IMG/VR virus record: IMGVR_UViG_3300047160_014550
Span: 2,765-66,764 of that record
DNA: 64,000 nt
Source of the DNA: a virus
Taxonomy: Duplodnaviria > Caudoviricetes
Reading direction: 5' to 3' (one strand)
Below are positions 34,615-43,853 of this stretch, piece by piece. The notes under the pieces were generated by a model. It saw only the letters and a program-made list of their open reading frames with translations. It had not been told where the DNA came from and did no database searches. Made by a program: the position numbers and the translations under genes. Every line of letters starts with the position of its first letter. The first letter of the stretch is position 1.

Positions 34615-36951
34615 ATGTTCCCCAATCCACGTTTGACCATGGCCGTGCGCTATGCACGCGCCGGGTACTACGTGTTTCGCCTCAACGGCAAAAGACCATT
34701 CAAGGGTTCCCACGGCTGGAAGGATGGAACCTTAGATACAACCCAGATCGAGGCATGGTGGACGGAGACTCCCCTTGCCAACATTGCCATCGCGTGCGGA
34801 GCCTCGGCCATCGTCGTGATCGACATCGACGGGCCGCAGGCCGAGGAACAGTTCGCCAAGCTCGAAAAGCGATGGGGCAAGCTGCCAGAGACTTATGAGG
34901 TAAGGTCCGGCCGCAAGGACGGCGGCCGGCATCTTTATTTGAAGATTCCTCACGAGATCAGATCGCGCCGCATCGGCAAGGTCGAAGCCAAGTGCCGGGG
35001 CAGCTACGTGGTCGCGCCGCCGAGCGTCCACCCCGACAGCGGCGCCGAATACGCCGTCACCAAGATGGTCCCGATTGCGACCCTGCCCGGCAGGTGGCTC
35101 GAAGAGCTGTCAAGCGGCAAGGACGGACAAGACCGGACACCTCCGGTCAAAGACCCGCCGCCGGCTTTTATCCAGACCAACGGCAATGGCCACACGACGC
35201 CGCCCATCGAGACCCTCCCCTACACCGTGGACGACCGCTCGCGCGTCGAGGGGTGCCTGCGCCTGCTCGATCCCGGCATGCCGCGCGACGAGTGGATCGC
35301 GGTGATGATGGCGCTGCACAGCCTCAACTGGCACGACGGCCCATCGGGCAACGACATCGGCTTTGATCTCGCCGTGCGCTGGTCGGCCGGTGAGCTGAAC
35401 GGCGGGGAAATGCCCAAGAATTACAAGGGGGAGCAGGATTGCCAGAAGCAATGGGCGAGCTTCCACCACGGCGGCGGGATCGGCATCGGGACGCTGTTCT
35501 GGATGGCGGACCTTGCCGCCAAAAGATCAGACGCGGAACGTTCTCCTGATGAAGCTAAGGAGAAAACTAAGCGATCATCGAACGGTCATGCCCAAGAGGG
35601 CGAATCAGGAACGGCACATTCCGACGGGATTTCGACGGAAAGTGCCGCGACAACTCCCGCAAAAGATGCCGTCGACCGGCTCAACGAGCGGCACTTCATG
35701 TTGCGCAACGTCGGCGGGCAGTGCCTGATCGGCGAGATGATCCCGAACCCGCTCAACACGGGCTTGATGCTTTCCCTTCAGGGCATCCAGTCCTTCAAGA
35801 CGTGGTATGCCAATGATTTTATTGGGAAAAAGACCGTCGCGAACGCGTGGTTGTCCTCTCCCCGGCGACGCCAGTACGAGGGCATCGTCATGGCTCCGGG
35901 TCTCGGCGAGGTGCTCGAAACCGGCCACCTCAATCTCTGGAAGGGATTCGGGGTCGAGCCCCGGCCCGGCCATTGGCCGAGAATGCGCGAGCACGTCGAG
36001 CGCATCGTGGCCAACGGCGTCTCGTCGGCGGCCGAGTACGTGCTTCGCTGGGCCGCTTGGGGGCTGCAGAACCCCGGCGAGCGGGCCGAGGTCGCGCTCG
36101 TCCTGCGCGGCGGCAAGGGGTCGGGCAAGGGGATGTTCCTGCGGACGCTCGCCCGTCTTTACGGGTCGCACGGCATCCACATCTTCAACCGGGAGCACCT
36201 CGTCGGGAAATTCAACGAGCACATGCGCACCTGCCTCTATCTCTTTTCGGATGAAGCCTACTGGGCGGGCGACAAGAAAGCCGAATCGGTCATCAAGGGG
36301 CTCATCACCGAGCCGTCGCTGATCCTCGAAAAGAAGTTCCACGACGTCGTGCCGTGGCCCAACCGGATGAAGATCGCCATGGCGGCGAACGCCGACTGGG
36401 CGGTCCCGGTCACGGCGGATGAAAGACGGTATGCGGTGTATCAAGTCAGCGACGGCTACGTGCGGGCCGGCGTGATAAGCAAGGAATACTTCGAGAAGCT
36501 TCAGGACGAGATGGACAACGGCGGGCTCGCGGCCATGCTCTACGATCTTTTATCGCTGCCGGTCTCGGGATTTCACCCCCGGCAGGTCGAGGCCGAGATG
36601 ACGGCGCTGGACGAGCAGAAGCGGGAATCGATGTATGGCCTGGAGGAGTGGTGGACCGAACTCTTGGAGGGAGCGTTCGTGCCGGGCCGCATCAACGAGT
36701 ATAGACCCGAATTTGGCGTATCGGAAAAGTTGATGGATCATGTGCGCGAGACGGTGCCGGTGCTGCGCGATCTTTCCTCGCACAAGCTGGGAAGGTTCCT
36801 CCGCAAGATGGGCTGCATGCCGCACCGCGCGGGGACCGTGCCGACCAACCCGCGCGGGTGGCTCTTTCCAGCTCTCAAGGAGGCCCGCGAGAAGTGGGTC
36901 AGAGACTATGGAAGACGGGAGTGGAGGGAGGAGGGAGACACATGGCAATGA
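34615..36951 (+). CDS. Bifunctional primase-polymerase with PriCT-2 and SF3/D5-like helicase
   Basis: GKRP...HGWKD.T, NIAIACG...VVIDID, GGRHLY, YVVAPPS.H; WIAVMMALH; GGKGSGKG Walker A, FSDE, NRMKI.MA.N. Confidence 0.9.
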   Translation: MFPNPRLTMAVRYARAGYYVFRLNGKRPFKGSHGWKDGTLDTTQIEAWWTETPLANIAIACGASAIVVIDIDGPQAEEQFAKLEKRWGKLPETYEVRSGRKDGGRHLYLKIPHEIRSRRIGKVEAKCRGSYVVAPPSVHPDSGAEYAVTKMVPIATLPGRWLEELSSGKDGQDRTPPVKDPPPAFIQTNGNGHTTPPIETLPYTVDDRSRVEGCLRLLDPGMPRDEWIAVMMALHSLNWHDGPSGNDIGFDLAVRWSAGELNGGEMPKNYKGEQDCQKQWASFHHGGGIGIGTLFWMADLAAKRSDAERSPDEAKEKTKRSSNGHAQEGESGTAHSDGISTESAATTPAKDAVDRLNERHFMLRNVGGQCLIGEMIPNPLNTGLMLSLQGIQSFKTWYANDFIGKKTVANAWLSSPRRRQYEGIVMAPGLGEVLETGHLNLWKGFGVEPRPGHWPRMREHVERIVANGVSSAAEYVLRWAAWGLQNPGERAEVALVLRGGKGSGKGMFLRTLARLYGSHGIHIFNREHLVGKFNEHMRTCLYLFSDEAYWAGDKKAESVIKGLITEPSLILEKKFHDVVPWPNRMKIAMAANADWAVPVTADERRYAVYQVSDGYVRAGVISKEYFEKLQDEMDNGGLAAMLYDLLSLPVSGFHPRQVEAEMTALDEQKRESMYGLEEWWTELLEGAFVPGRINEYRPEFGVSEKLMDHVRETVPVLRDLSSHKLGRFLRKMGCMPHRAGTVPTNPRGWLFPALKEAREKWVRDYGRREWREEGDTWQ

Positions 36952-37283
36952 AGCAGCATTATCTGGTCAGCATTCCCTTGGCGGGAGGCTACATCCACGG
37001 CTACGCCAGGACCAGTAAAAACGAAAGGATGGTGACGGAAAGACTGGCAAGCCGCATGATGGACGAGGTCGAGGCACATAAAATACCCATGCCGATGCCC
37101 TTCGTCATGATGACCCGATTGAGTTACGGCCACGAGATCGTGCTGGACATCCTGCAAAAATCAACGGAAAACTTTAACGAGATGGACTCCGTTAAAAAGA
37201 TGAAAAAAGGCCAGGAATTCTTTGTCATCTGGATGATGGGCAACGACAATCCCGATCAAGAACGCCTGCTGAAGCTTCACTGA
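36942..37283 (+). CDS. Hypothetical protein
   Basis: GGGAG RBS; overlaps primase stop. Confidence 0.6.
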   Translation: MAMKQHYLVSIPLAGGYIHGYARTSKNERMVTERLASRMMDEVEAHKIPMPMPFVMMTRLSYGHEIVLDILQKSTENFNEMDSVKKMKKGQEFFVIWMMGNDNPDQERLLKLH

Positions 37284-37296
37284 AGGGGAGACCAAC

Positions 37297-37764
37297 ATGG
37301 CAGTAGATTATCAATTCATCGCACGGCCAGGGAAGCCGCCGGAATACATCAGCGAGAAAAAGACCGTGCTGCCGCCCATCCGACGGGTGCCATGGACGGC
37401 AATCCTCGTCGGGCTCATGCTCACGACACAGGTCGCGTGCGTGATAACAATCATCAACATTCTGCGCGTCGACAGCAATCTGATCGAAGACAATAAAGAC
37501 AACGTCAAAAGCATTCTCTTTCTGAAGAGACAACTGCTTGACATGTCAACTAGATTGGAAAAAATAGAGACTGCCCCGCGCGTGGTGCCGATGGCAACCA
37601 TCACGCGGGGCGATCCCCCGGTTAACATGAATCCAAACACGCCCAAGTTCGACCCCGCCGTGCTGCAAGGGTCCATGACCGACCTCAAGGCGGCGGTCGA
37701 GCTTCAGCAACAGAAGCTCGACGCCGTCCTCGACGGGCTCAGTCACGTCCGTCGTCGACGTTGA
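37297..37764 (+). CDS. Membrane-anchored coiled-coil protein
   Basis: GGGGAG RBS; one TM segment then heptad-like region. Confidence 0.6.
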   Translation: MAVDYQFIARPGKPPEYISEKKTVLPPIRRVPWTAILVGLMLTTQVACVITIINILRVDSNLIEDNKDNVKSILFLKRQLLDMSTRLEKIETAPRVVPMATITRGDPPVNMNPNTPKFDPAVLQGSMTDLKAAVELQQQKLDAVLDGLSHVRRRR

Positions 37765-37878
37765 TGACCAGCCATCCCTTCTCGCCAATGGCGATCCATT
37801 CAAGATAACCATTGCGCAATCGAAGGTAGAGATCCGTCAACCGGCCTGCGGGCAGGCTCAGGACAACAGCCGGGTAGC

Positions 37879-38094
37879 TCATGATTGGTATTTCTCCCGT
37901 CTTTTACGGTTGATTTCGTCTTTGTTCCTCGCCCAGTACGCGGCCTGGGCCTCGGGCGACTTCGTCACGCGGGCGCAGACCGCGCATCGTCGTGATGCCG
38001 AGTAGTGGATACCGAGCCCGTGCTTCGGGCAGGTCGCCATAAAATGCGTAAGGCCCGCAGCGCGGGCCTTCTTCGCCATTCGCAGCTTGTTCAT
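37879..38094 (-). CDS. Small Cys/His basic protein resembling an HNH N-terminal region
   Basis: GGAGG RBS; CPKHG...RRCAVC...YW.RNKD.IN.KRR. Confidence 0.55.
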   Translation of the reverse strand: MNKLRMAKKARAAGLTHFMATCPKHGLGIHYSASRRCAVCARVTKSPEAQAAYWARNKDEINRKRREKYQS

Positions 38095-38169
38095 GCACGT
38101 TCGAACCTCCGTTTTGTAGAAAGTTGCAGAAAGTTTCAGTGGTGGCTTGCGAGGCTTGGGCAGTCTTAT

Positions 38170-38372
38170 GAACCCCACGCCATGGGGCCGGGAGGGCCAC
38201 CCACGCAGCCTCGCCTTGTCCGGGCCATTGAACCCTCAACGCGCTGCCACCTCGCCTGTTGGGAGTAATTCCCTCCCGATACGGATTGCGGGGCCGTGCC
38301 GTCTTCATCCCCTTTGCGGGTCCAACCGGCACGGCCCCTACCCTGGTTCGCCCTGCGCAAGACGCCAGGGGT
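38170..38372. ncRNA. Structured intergenic element (series of hairpins), function unknown
   Basis: Stems gggccgtgccg/cggcacggccc, gggag/ctccc, ccctgg/ccaggg, cccca/tgggg. Confidence 0.35.
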
Positions 38373-38374
38373 TC

Positions 38375-39466
38375 CTAGGCCGCGAGGCGCATCACCTCGC
38401 CAGCCTTCCTTTCCATGTCCACCCGCTCATCCTGCCACCTGATCGACCGCGCGTAGGCGGTCGCGGCCACGGTCACGTCCCACAACGTCTCGATGGGACG
38501 GCCTTCTTCGGCCTCGTGGATGAGCTTCAGGGGCTGGATCAGCCGCTTGCCGAACCGGACGCTAAGGAACTCGTCGAGCTTGTCGTCCAGTCTTTTACTG
38601 CGTGCCTGCTCGATGGCCTCGACCACGTTCGAGGCCCGTCCGGCCGCGTAGGCGTCGAGCGCCGGGAGCATCTCCTCGATGTACTTGTCCGGCGCGGATG
38701 CGGTGTGGCGGATGCGGATCTCGCGATACTCATCCGCGCCCCACACGATGCGGTTCTGGCACACGTAATCAAAGAGGAACGTGGCCAAGCCGAACGTACT
38801 TGATCCGACCTCGGAGTTCCACATGAAGAAGCCCCGCGCGAACGATCCCGGCTGTCCGTTGCGCCGTCGCGGCAGCTCGATGCGGTTCCGCTCGTTCGCC
38901 AAAAAGACGAACATGTCGCGGTCGCCCGCGTAGAGTGTCGTGTTCTCGACCGTGACGGGAACGTCCCGGCCGAACTCGCCCGGCACCTTCCAGGGGCCGG
39001 TGACGCCGTCGCCGAACTTGCGGATCAGCGCCCCGACGACATCGTCGTTCCAGATCCGGCCGTACCTCGGGCCGGTCGCGGCTCGCAGCGTCGAGTCGGC
39101 GGTCTTCTGGAGTAAAAGACCAACGTCCTCGATGTTGCGCTTGAACTGGAATCCGTAATTAAGACAGTCCGCGACGATGGGAGACGGCATGGTCCGCAGA
39201 TAGCCTGCGGGGGCCTCACCCAAGGCCGCGAGCTGGCCGAACGCCCAGTGCGTGGGCACGAAGCCGTGCTCGCCGGAGTCTCCGTTCACGATGGTCAATC
39301 CGCGATTGTCGAGTGCTGGCTTGACGTGAAGCCGCCGCGAGGGAAGGACCAGCTCGCGCGAATGCTCGCGCAAGTACTCGAAGTGCTCGCTCATGTCGTT
39401 GAGCGAAGTGAAACGCTCGTCGTCGGGCCGCGTGGCCCACTGACGGGAAGCTTGCATCAATTCCAT
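38375..39466 (-). CDS. DUF932-like phage/plasmid early protein
   Basis: GGAG RBS before MELMQ; W..RP.DER, T.WAFGQL, YGRIWN, YAGDRDMFVFL, RGFF.WNSEVG, VCQN. Confidence 0.75.
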   Translation of the reverse strand: MELMQASRQWATRPDDERFTSLNDMSEHFEYLREHSRELVLPSRRLHVKPALDNRGLTIVNGDSGEHGFVPTHWAFGQLAALGEAPAGYLRTMPSPIVADCLNYGFQFKRNIEDVGLLLQKTADSTLRAATGPRYGRIWNDDVVGALIRKFGDGVTGPWKVPGEFGRDVPVTVENTTLYAGDRDMFVFLANERNRIELPRRRNGQPGSFARGFFMWNSEVGSSTFGLATFLFDYVCQNRIVWGADEYREIRIRHTASAPDKYIEEMLPALDAYAAGRASNVVEAIEQARSKRLDDKLDEFLSVRFGKRLIQPLKLIHEAEEGRPIETLWDVTVAATAYARSIRWQDERVDMERKAGEVMRLAA

Positions 39467-39572
39467 CTTCAATCTCCATAAAAGACCCGCTTTCCAGGCG
39501 GGTTGTGAAGACGCCACCATTGGCGCTTCGGGAGACGGCCGGTCTCTTTTGACCGGCCGTCCGGCCGAAACG

Positions 39573-39803
39573 TCAGAGCAACGCGATGCGACGGAAGTGA
39601 TCGACCTCCTCGGCCGGCATGTCGGCATAGGGCGAGCGGCCCTTGCTGACGTTATAGAACCGCGCCGCCAGCACGATGCGAGAATTACAGACGCCGCAAC
39701 ACCGCTCGTCTTCCGAGCGGTCAAGCGGCTGCGGGTTGTGCGATCCATGGACGTCATGGATGAGATCGTCGCACAACGCGCACTTGATCGGGTAGTCAGT
39801 CAT
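39573..39803 (-). CDS. Small Cys-containing protein
   Basis: GGGGAG RBS; CALC...HNPQP...CC..CN. Confidence 0.6.
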   Translation of the reverse strand: MTDYPIKCALCDDLIHDVHGSHNPQPLDRSEDERCCGVCNSRIVLAARFYNVSKGRSPYADMPAEEVDHFRRIALL

Positions 39804-39838
39804 TTCAAAGTCTCCCCTTGTTTGCCTCGACGGATCAG

Positions 39839-39894
39839 ATGATAGAGCAAGCTTGCACTCGGGTCAAGGCATATCCGATATGCAAGCTTGCATA
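39839..39894 (-). promoter_or_regulatory. Sigma70-type promoter with palindromic operator candidates
   Basis: TTGACC-17-TATCAT on minus strand; GCAAGCTTGC in the spacer and TATGCAAGCTTGCATA at 39879-39894. Confidence 0.7.
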
Positions 39895-39898
39895 ACAA

Positions 39899-41053
39899 TC
39901 ACGCGGGCGAAGCCGCCAGCGTCACGGTGTCGTCGTCGTCGTCATTCGACGTCATTTCTTCCGCCTCGGTATCAAAGACCACCAGCGACTCGCTGCGAGG
40001 CCGGAGCTTTTTGGTCCTCTTGCCGGAATTGATATGGTCTCTGAGCAAGAGATAAAGATGCTCCCGCGACTTGCCGCTGGCACTGCACATGTGGCGGATT
40101 TCCGGGTCATGCAGCGGAAACGAGGCGATTTTCCTCACGAGTGGCGCGTGGACGAACAGCTTGCGCTCCTCGTCGTCGAGCCAGAAATCGTGATGGTCCG
40201 ACAAGAGCTTGGACAACACGAGCAGGAACGCGAGCTTCATGTAGCTTGCGCCCTCCTTGATCGCCACGCTGCGAATGCCCCAGCAGGTATCGACCATGTT
40301 GAAGAACGTCCGCAGGTTCTCCCGCATGTTGGAGATGCCCACGTTGGTTCCGGTCTTTAAAGCCGCCGTGACCATCTCGTCGAGCGAGCCGCCGCCGCAC
40401 GGTCCCTTGTGGGCATGAAGGCGTCCGGCCACCCGCATCAAGGTCATAGCCGAGATGATGTCGGACTTCATGGCGCGGTGCTGCCATGTCGTCCGGCCGC
40501 AGAGCACGAAGCCCTTCTCGTTGTGAGTCAGGGCATGCAGCATGATCAGCACGGGATGGCCGTGCGGACCATAGGCCGTGTCCTCGCGGAGGTTCCGCAG
40601 GAGCACGTTGGGACCGAGACGGTTACGCCAATTGTTGAGCTTGTGAAAGCGCGTGCGCTCCCACTCGCGCGTCGTATTGAAGTGGACGGTCGCACCGATA
40701 CGCAGGTTCTCGACCGCCTCGACGTGGGTTTGCAGCCAATAAATGATGGTGCTTTGACGCTGCAAACCGTCAATGATGTACACCGGGTCTTTGAGGACGA
40801 ACTCGTTGGTCTTTGACGAAAAGTTCGATCCTCGCATACCCAAGTCCAGATCGGGAAGCCGAGCCCCGGACTCCAAAGCGGACATGATCCGCTTTTGCGA
40901 AGACAAGGGCAGCGCCTCGCGCTGGTAAGTGTCGGTCTTCAAAAGATGCAACGTTCGAAGATCGATCGCCCCGCGAAGGACAATCCCGGCGGGACTGTCC
41001 GTCGCGTCGTCCAGCGCCGCATTGAACATGCGGACGTGTATCAGGTTACTCAT
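39899..41053 (-). CDS. DGQHR/ParB-like domain protein
   Basis: AAGGAG RBS before MSNL; YQR..L...I, YIIDGLQR motif. Confidence 0.6.
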   Translation of the reverse strand: MSNLIHVRMFNAALDDATDSPAGIVLRGAIDLRTLHLLKTDTYQREALPLSSQKRIMSALESGARLPDLDLGMRGSNFSSKTNEFVLKDPVYIIDGLQRQSTIIYWLQTHVEAVENLRIGATVHFNTTREWERTRFHKLNNWRNRLGPNVLLRNLREDTAYGPHGHPVLIMLHALTHNEKGFVLCGRTTWQHRAMKSDIISAMTLMRVAGRLHAHKGPCGGGSLDEMVTAALKTGTNVGISNMRENLRTFFNMVDTCWGIRSVAIKEGASYMKLAFLLVLSKLLSDHHDFWLDDEERKLFVHAPLVRKIASFPLHDPEIRHMCSASGKSREHLYLLLRDHINSGKRTKKLRPRSESLVVFDTEAEEMTSNDDDDDTVTLAASPA

Positions 41054-41100
41054 TTTCGCTTCTCCTTTGGCCGCCTGGGCCATCGTTCAAGTTTCACGCT

Positions 41101-41165
41101 GTCTTTTTTGGACAAAAAGACAAACGCCACGGATATTTTGTAAGACAAATATCCGTGGCTGTCAA
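41101..41165 (-). promoter_or_regulatory. Inverted repeats containing a promoter-like sequence
   Basis: 13-bp stem gccacggatattt/aaatatccgtggc; minus strand TTGACA-17-TACAAA; adjacent gtcttttt/aaaaagac repeat. Confidence 0.45.
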
Positions 41166-41172
41166 ATAAGTA

Positions 41173-41382
41173 TCAGTGTATGGTTGGCGACTCGTCGCAG
41201 TAGACCGACGCGTGCCAGCCGTCCTCGCCGTCTTCCACCGCGTTGAGGCGGTCGGCGGCGAGAACCGCGTCGGCCCAGTTCTTGAACATCGGCACGGTGC
41301 GCGTGCCGTCTTTTTCGGCGAGCGTGAAGGGCTCGCCGTCCTTGTTGGCCACGAAGGGCACGCCGGGCGGGATGCGGGTCAT
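41173..41382 (-). CDS. Small early protein
   Basis: GGGGAG RBS within the hairpin cassette. Confidence 0.55.
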   Translation of the reverse strand: MTRIPPGVPFVANKDGEPFTLAEKDGTRTVPMFKNWADAVLAADRLNAVEDGEDGWHASVYCDESPTIH

Positions 41383-41465
41383 TTCATGTCTCCCCTGATA
41401 ACGCGCGACCTGTTCGCGCGACCTTGTCCCGTTGTCTCACGACGGGACAAGTGCTCGCGGACCTG

Positions 41466-41696
41466 TCAGGAATCCTTGACCGTCCAGCCAAAGGAACGCC
41501 AGCGGTCGACCGTCGGCTCGCGGCAGGAATAAAGACGGATCGTCCGCCAGCTTCGAGAAGTGTCAGGAACTGTCGGACCGAGCATGCCCGCGTCCAGACT
41601 GGTCGCAGGCCATGCGCAATCATATCTGAGCATGTCGAACGGGAAAGCTCCCCGTCCGACAACGTTGTAGGCAAAACGATGGCTGTGTACTTTCAT
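41466..41696 (-). CDS. Small early protein
   Basis: GGGGAG RBS; V.G.G.FP.DMLRYD.AWP pattern. Confidence 0.6.
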   Translation of the reverse strand: MKVHSHRFAYNVVGRGAFPFDMLRYDCAWPATSLDAGMLGPTVPDTSRSWRTIRLYSCREPTVDRWRSFGWTVKDS

Positions 41697-41774
41697 TGGT
41701 CTCCCCTTCATGCGCGACCTGTTCGCGCGATCCCGCGCCGTTGTCTCACAACGGCGCAGGCGCTCGCGGACCTG

Positions 41775-41951
41775 TCAGTCTTCAACGTCTTCTTCGACTT
41801 TATAGCAAGAGTGTTCCATATTCACTCTCACACATTCCAACTGGGCGACGGGATGCCAGATGCCCTCGATGGGATCGAAGGGCTTGTAATGGTCGCGGAC
41901 CCATTGCTGGAATGCCTTGGCTTCCTGTTCGTTAAGAGCCCGGTAGATCAT
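41775..41951 (-). CDS. Small early protein (58 aa)
   Basis: Read by hand: MIYRALNEQEAKAFQQWVRDHYKPFDPIEGIWHPV...; GGAGG RBS. Confidence 0.55.
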   Translation of the reverse strand: MIYRALNEQEAKAFQQWVRDHYKPFDPIEGIWHPVAQLECVRVNMEHSCYKVEEDVED

Positions 41952-41955
41952 CTTT

Positions 41956-42060
41956 TTAGCCTCCGTATGGGATCGTCGAAACGATCACGGTGAGAACAAA
42001 CAGCATGATCACCATGGCGGCAAGAGCCGCCACGGTGCCGTTGAGGATATTCACGGTCAT
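41956..42060 (-). CDS. 34-aa single-TM peptide
   Basis: GGGGAG RBS; MTVNILNGTVAALAAMVIMLFVLTVIVSTIPYGG. Confidence 0.55.
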   Translation of the reverse strand: MTVNILNGTVAALAAMVIMLFVLTVIVSTIPYGG

Positions 42061-42147
42061 TTCCAGTGTCTCCCCTTGATGAGCGACCATTCGCTCGAAC
42101 ATGTCCGCCCAAATAAAAGACGGACATGGGCTTGCGAATGTCTTTTT

Positions 42148-42366
42148 TCAAAGTTCGTTCATGGCACGCATCAAATACTGATCGCCGAATGCCGCAATGG
42201 ATACTGCGGCACATTCCCATTGCCGGGCGAGCCGGTAATCCTGCCATGCCGACTTGATATGCTCGGCCTTATCGGCACATATTTCCGACAGCATTTCCAG
42301 CATTGCTGGAAGGCCATCGGCATCGATGATTGCTTCCAGTATTTCCAGTTTTTTCTCGCGTGTCAT
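42148..42366 (-). CDS. Small early protein
   Basis: GGGGAG RBS; helical. Confidence 0.6.
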   Translation of the reverse strand: MTREKKLEILEAIIDADGLPAMLEMLSEICADKAEHIKSAWQDYRLARQWECAAVSIAAFGDQYLMRAMNEL

Positions 42367-42501
42367 TTTCAGTTTCTCCCCTTCATGAGCGACCATTCGC
42401 TCGAACATGCGCCGTCTTTTATTTGACGGCGCATGGGCTTGCGAGACGCGGGATTGCGCTCGACCCTGTCCCGATCTTTTATCGGGACAGGAGCTTGCGC
42501 A

Positions 42502-42774
42502 TCAGTAGTCGGACGGCAGCAGGAACGTCGTTTTTGAACGGTCCGCCTCGGTGATGATCCAGAAAACGTCGGGATCGTCCGGCAGCGGGAATACGCTCAT
42601 GAGCGATCCGCCGTCGCGAAGGTTACGGCCGTTGAGGGCCGAGTCCTCGGCGTCGCAGAGGCCCCAATCGCCCGCGACGTGGCGATTGAGGGCGGCGGAC
42701 GCGTAGTCCGCCGACACCTTGGCCATGACGGCCGGTGTCGCATAAACGGCAGACGGCGTGAACTTGACGGTCAT
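42502..42774 (-). CDS. Conserved plasmid/phage hypothetical protein
   Basis: ATPA...RH..GDWG...ED..LN...WIITEADRS.TT.LLPSDY. Confidence 0.7.
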   Translation of the reverse strand: MTVKFTPSAVYATPAVMAKVSADYASAALNRHVAGDWGLCDAEDSALNGRNLRDGGSLMSVFPLPDDPDVFWIITEADRSKTTFLLPSDY

Positions 42775-42868
42775 TTTCAGTCTCCCCTTCGAGTCGCACG
42801 ATTGCGCTCGACCATGCCGCCGCCTCGCGAGGCGGCGGCATGCGCTTGCGCACACCGTCTTTTAAAGT

Positions 42869-43771
42869 TTAAACGGCCGGACAACCCTGCTCGCGCAGGG
42901 AAGCCATGAGGTAGGGCAGCCCCTTGTCGAGGGCGCGCTTTTCGGTCTGGAAGTGCTCATCATCGGGTGCGAGCAAGAGATAGCACCCGTCGAACGCGTC
43001 GGGCTTCGACGGATAGGCGTGGCCTAGACCGTGGCCAAGCTCCGACAGGCAATGCTCGTGGCCCCACTGGGCGAAGGCGAGCCGCCGGTACATCGACGGA
43101 TGGCCCACGCCATAGGCGAGGCGCGGCAGATCAAGCGGCTGCCCGGCGTCCTTCAAGCGGACGCCGACTTGCACGCTTGGCTGGCCGCTGTAGTTGCTGG
43201 TCTGGGCGAGCGCGAGGACTTCGACCGAGAAGCCCGCGTTCTCGATGCGGTCGATGATCGCGGCCACGACGGCCGCTCTATTGACCAGCGACGAAGCTTC
43301 GATCATGGCCGCCACGCTCATGTCGCTGACCAGGGTCAGGACAGGACGCTTGCGGGACCGCACGGTGTCGAGGCGCCGCATATGCATGGGATCGCCCGCG
43401 ACGGCTCGCGGGACGCACGGGAAAGCGCCCGCGACGTCATAGCGGACGGCGCGACGCTGCATCGGATGCGCGACGTTGATCCGGTCCACGAGGGACTGGA
43501 CCTTGGTTGCGCCTTCCTGCCAGCCCTCGCGCGCGAGCATGAGGGCTTGGGTCATGGTCTTGGTCCCGCGAAACGCTTCGTCTCCGGAACCGCGACCCCA
43601 ACCGGCGTCACACCAAGCGTCGCTTGCGTGAAGCGACTTGATGTAGGACGCGAACGTCTCCGGGTTGGACCAGAGGCTTCGCACCATCCACTCGCCGGTC
43701 GCCTTGTCGCGCACATTGCGCGGCAAGAATGCGGCCAAATCGGGCGCATTGCCGATTTCTTTGGTTTTCAT
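42869..43771 (-). CDS. vWA-like partner of the AAA ATPase
   Basis: Follows AAA gene; YDVAGAFP.V.R..AGDP..M, beta-strand LTLVSD.S pattern. Confidence 0.55.
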   Translation of the reverse strand: MKTKEIGNAPDLAAFLPRNVRDKATGEWMVRSLWSNPETFASYIKSLHASDAWCDAGWGRGSGDEAFRGTKTMTQALMLAREGWQEGATKVQSLVDRINVAHPMQRRAVRYDVAGAFPCVPRAVAGDPMHMRRLDTVRSRKRPVLTLVSDMSVAAMIEASSLVNRAAVVAAIIDRIENAGFSVEVLALAQTSNYSGQPSVQVGVRLKDAGQPLDLPRLAYGVGHPSMYRRLAFAQWGHEHCLSELGHGLGHAYPSKPDAFDGCYLLLAPDDEHFQTEKRALDKGLPYLMASLREQGCPAV

Positions 43772-43853
43772 TTTTCAAGTCTCCCCTTTGTGTGCGAACC
43801 GATCGCACGATCATGTCCCGTGTCTCATGACGGGACATGCGCTTGCGTACGGT

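Noticed and set aside
39533-39575. Hammerhead-like ggcc-gtcc-ggcc-GAAAC
   Set aside because: The required CUGANGA core is absent (tttgacc); the region is better explained by the hairpin gacggccggtc/gaccggccgtc
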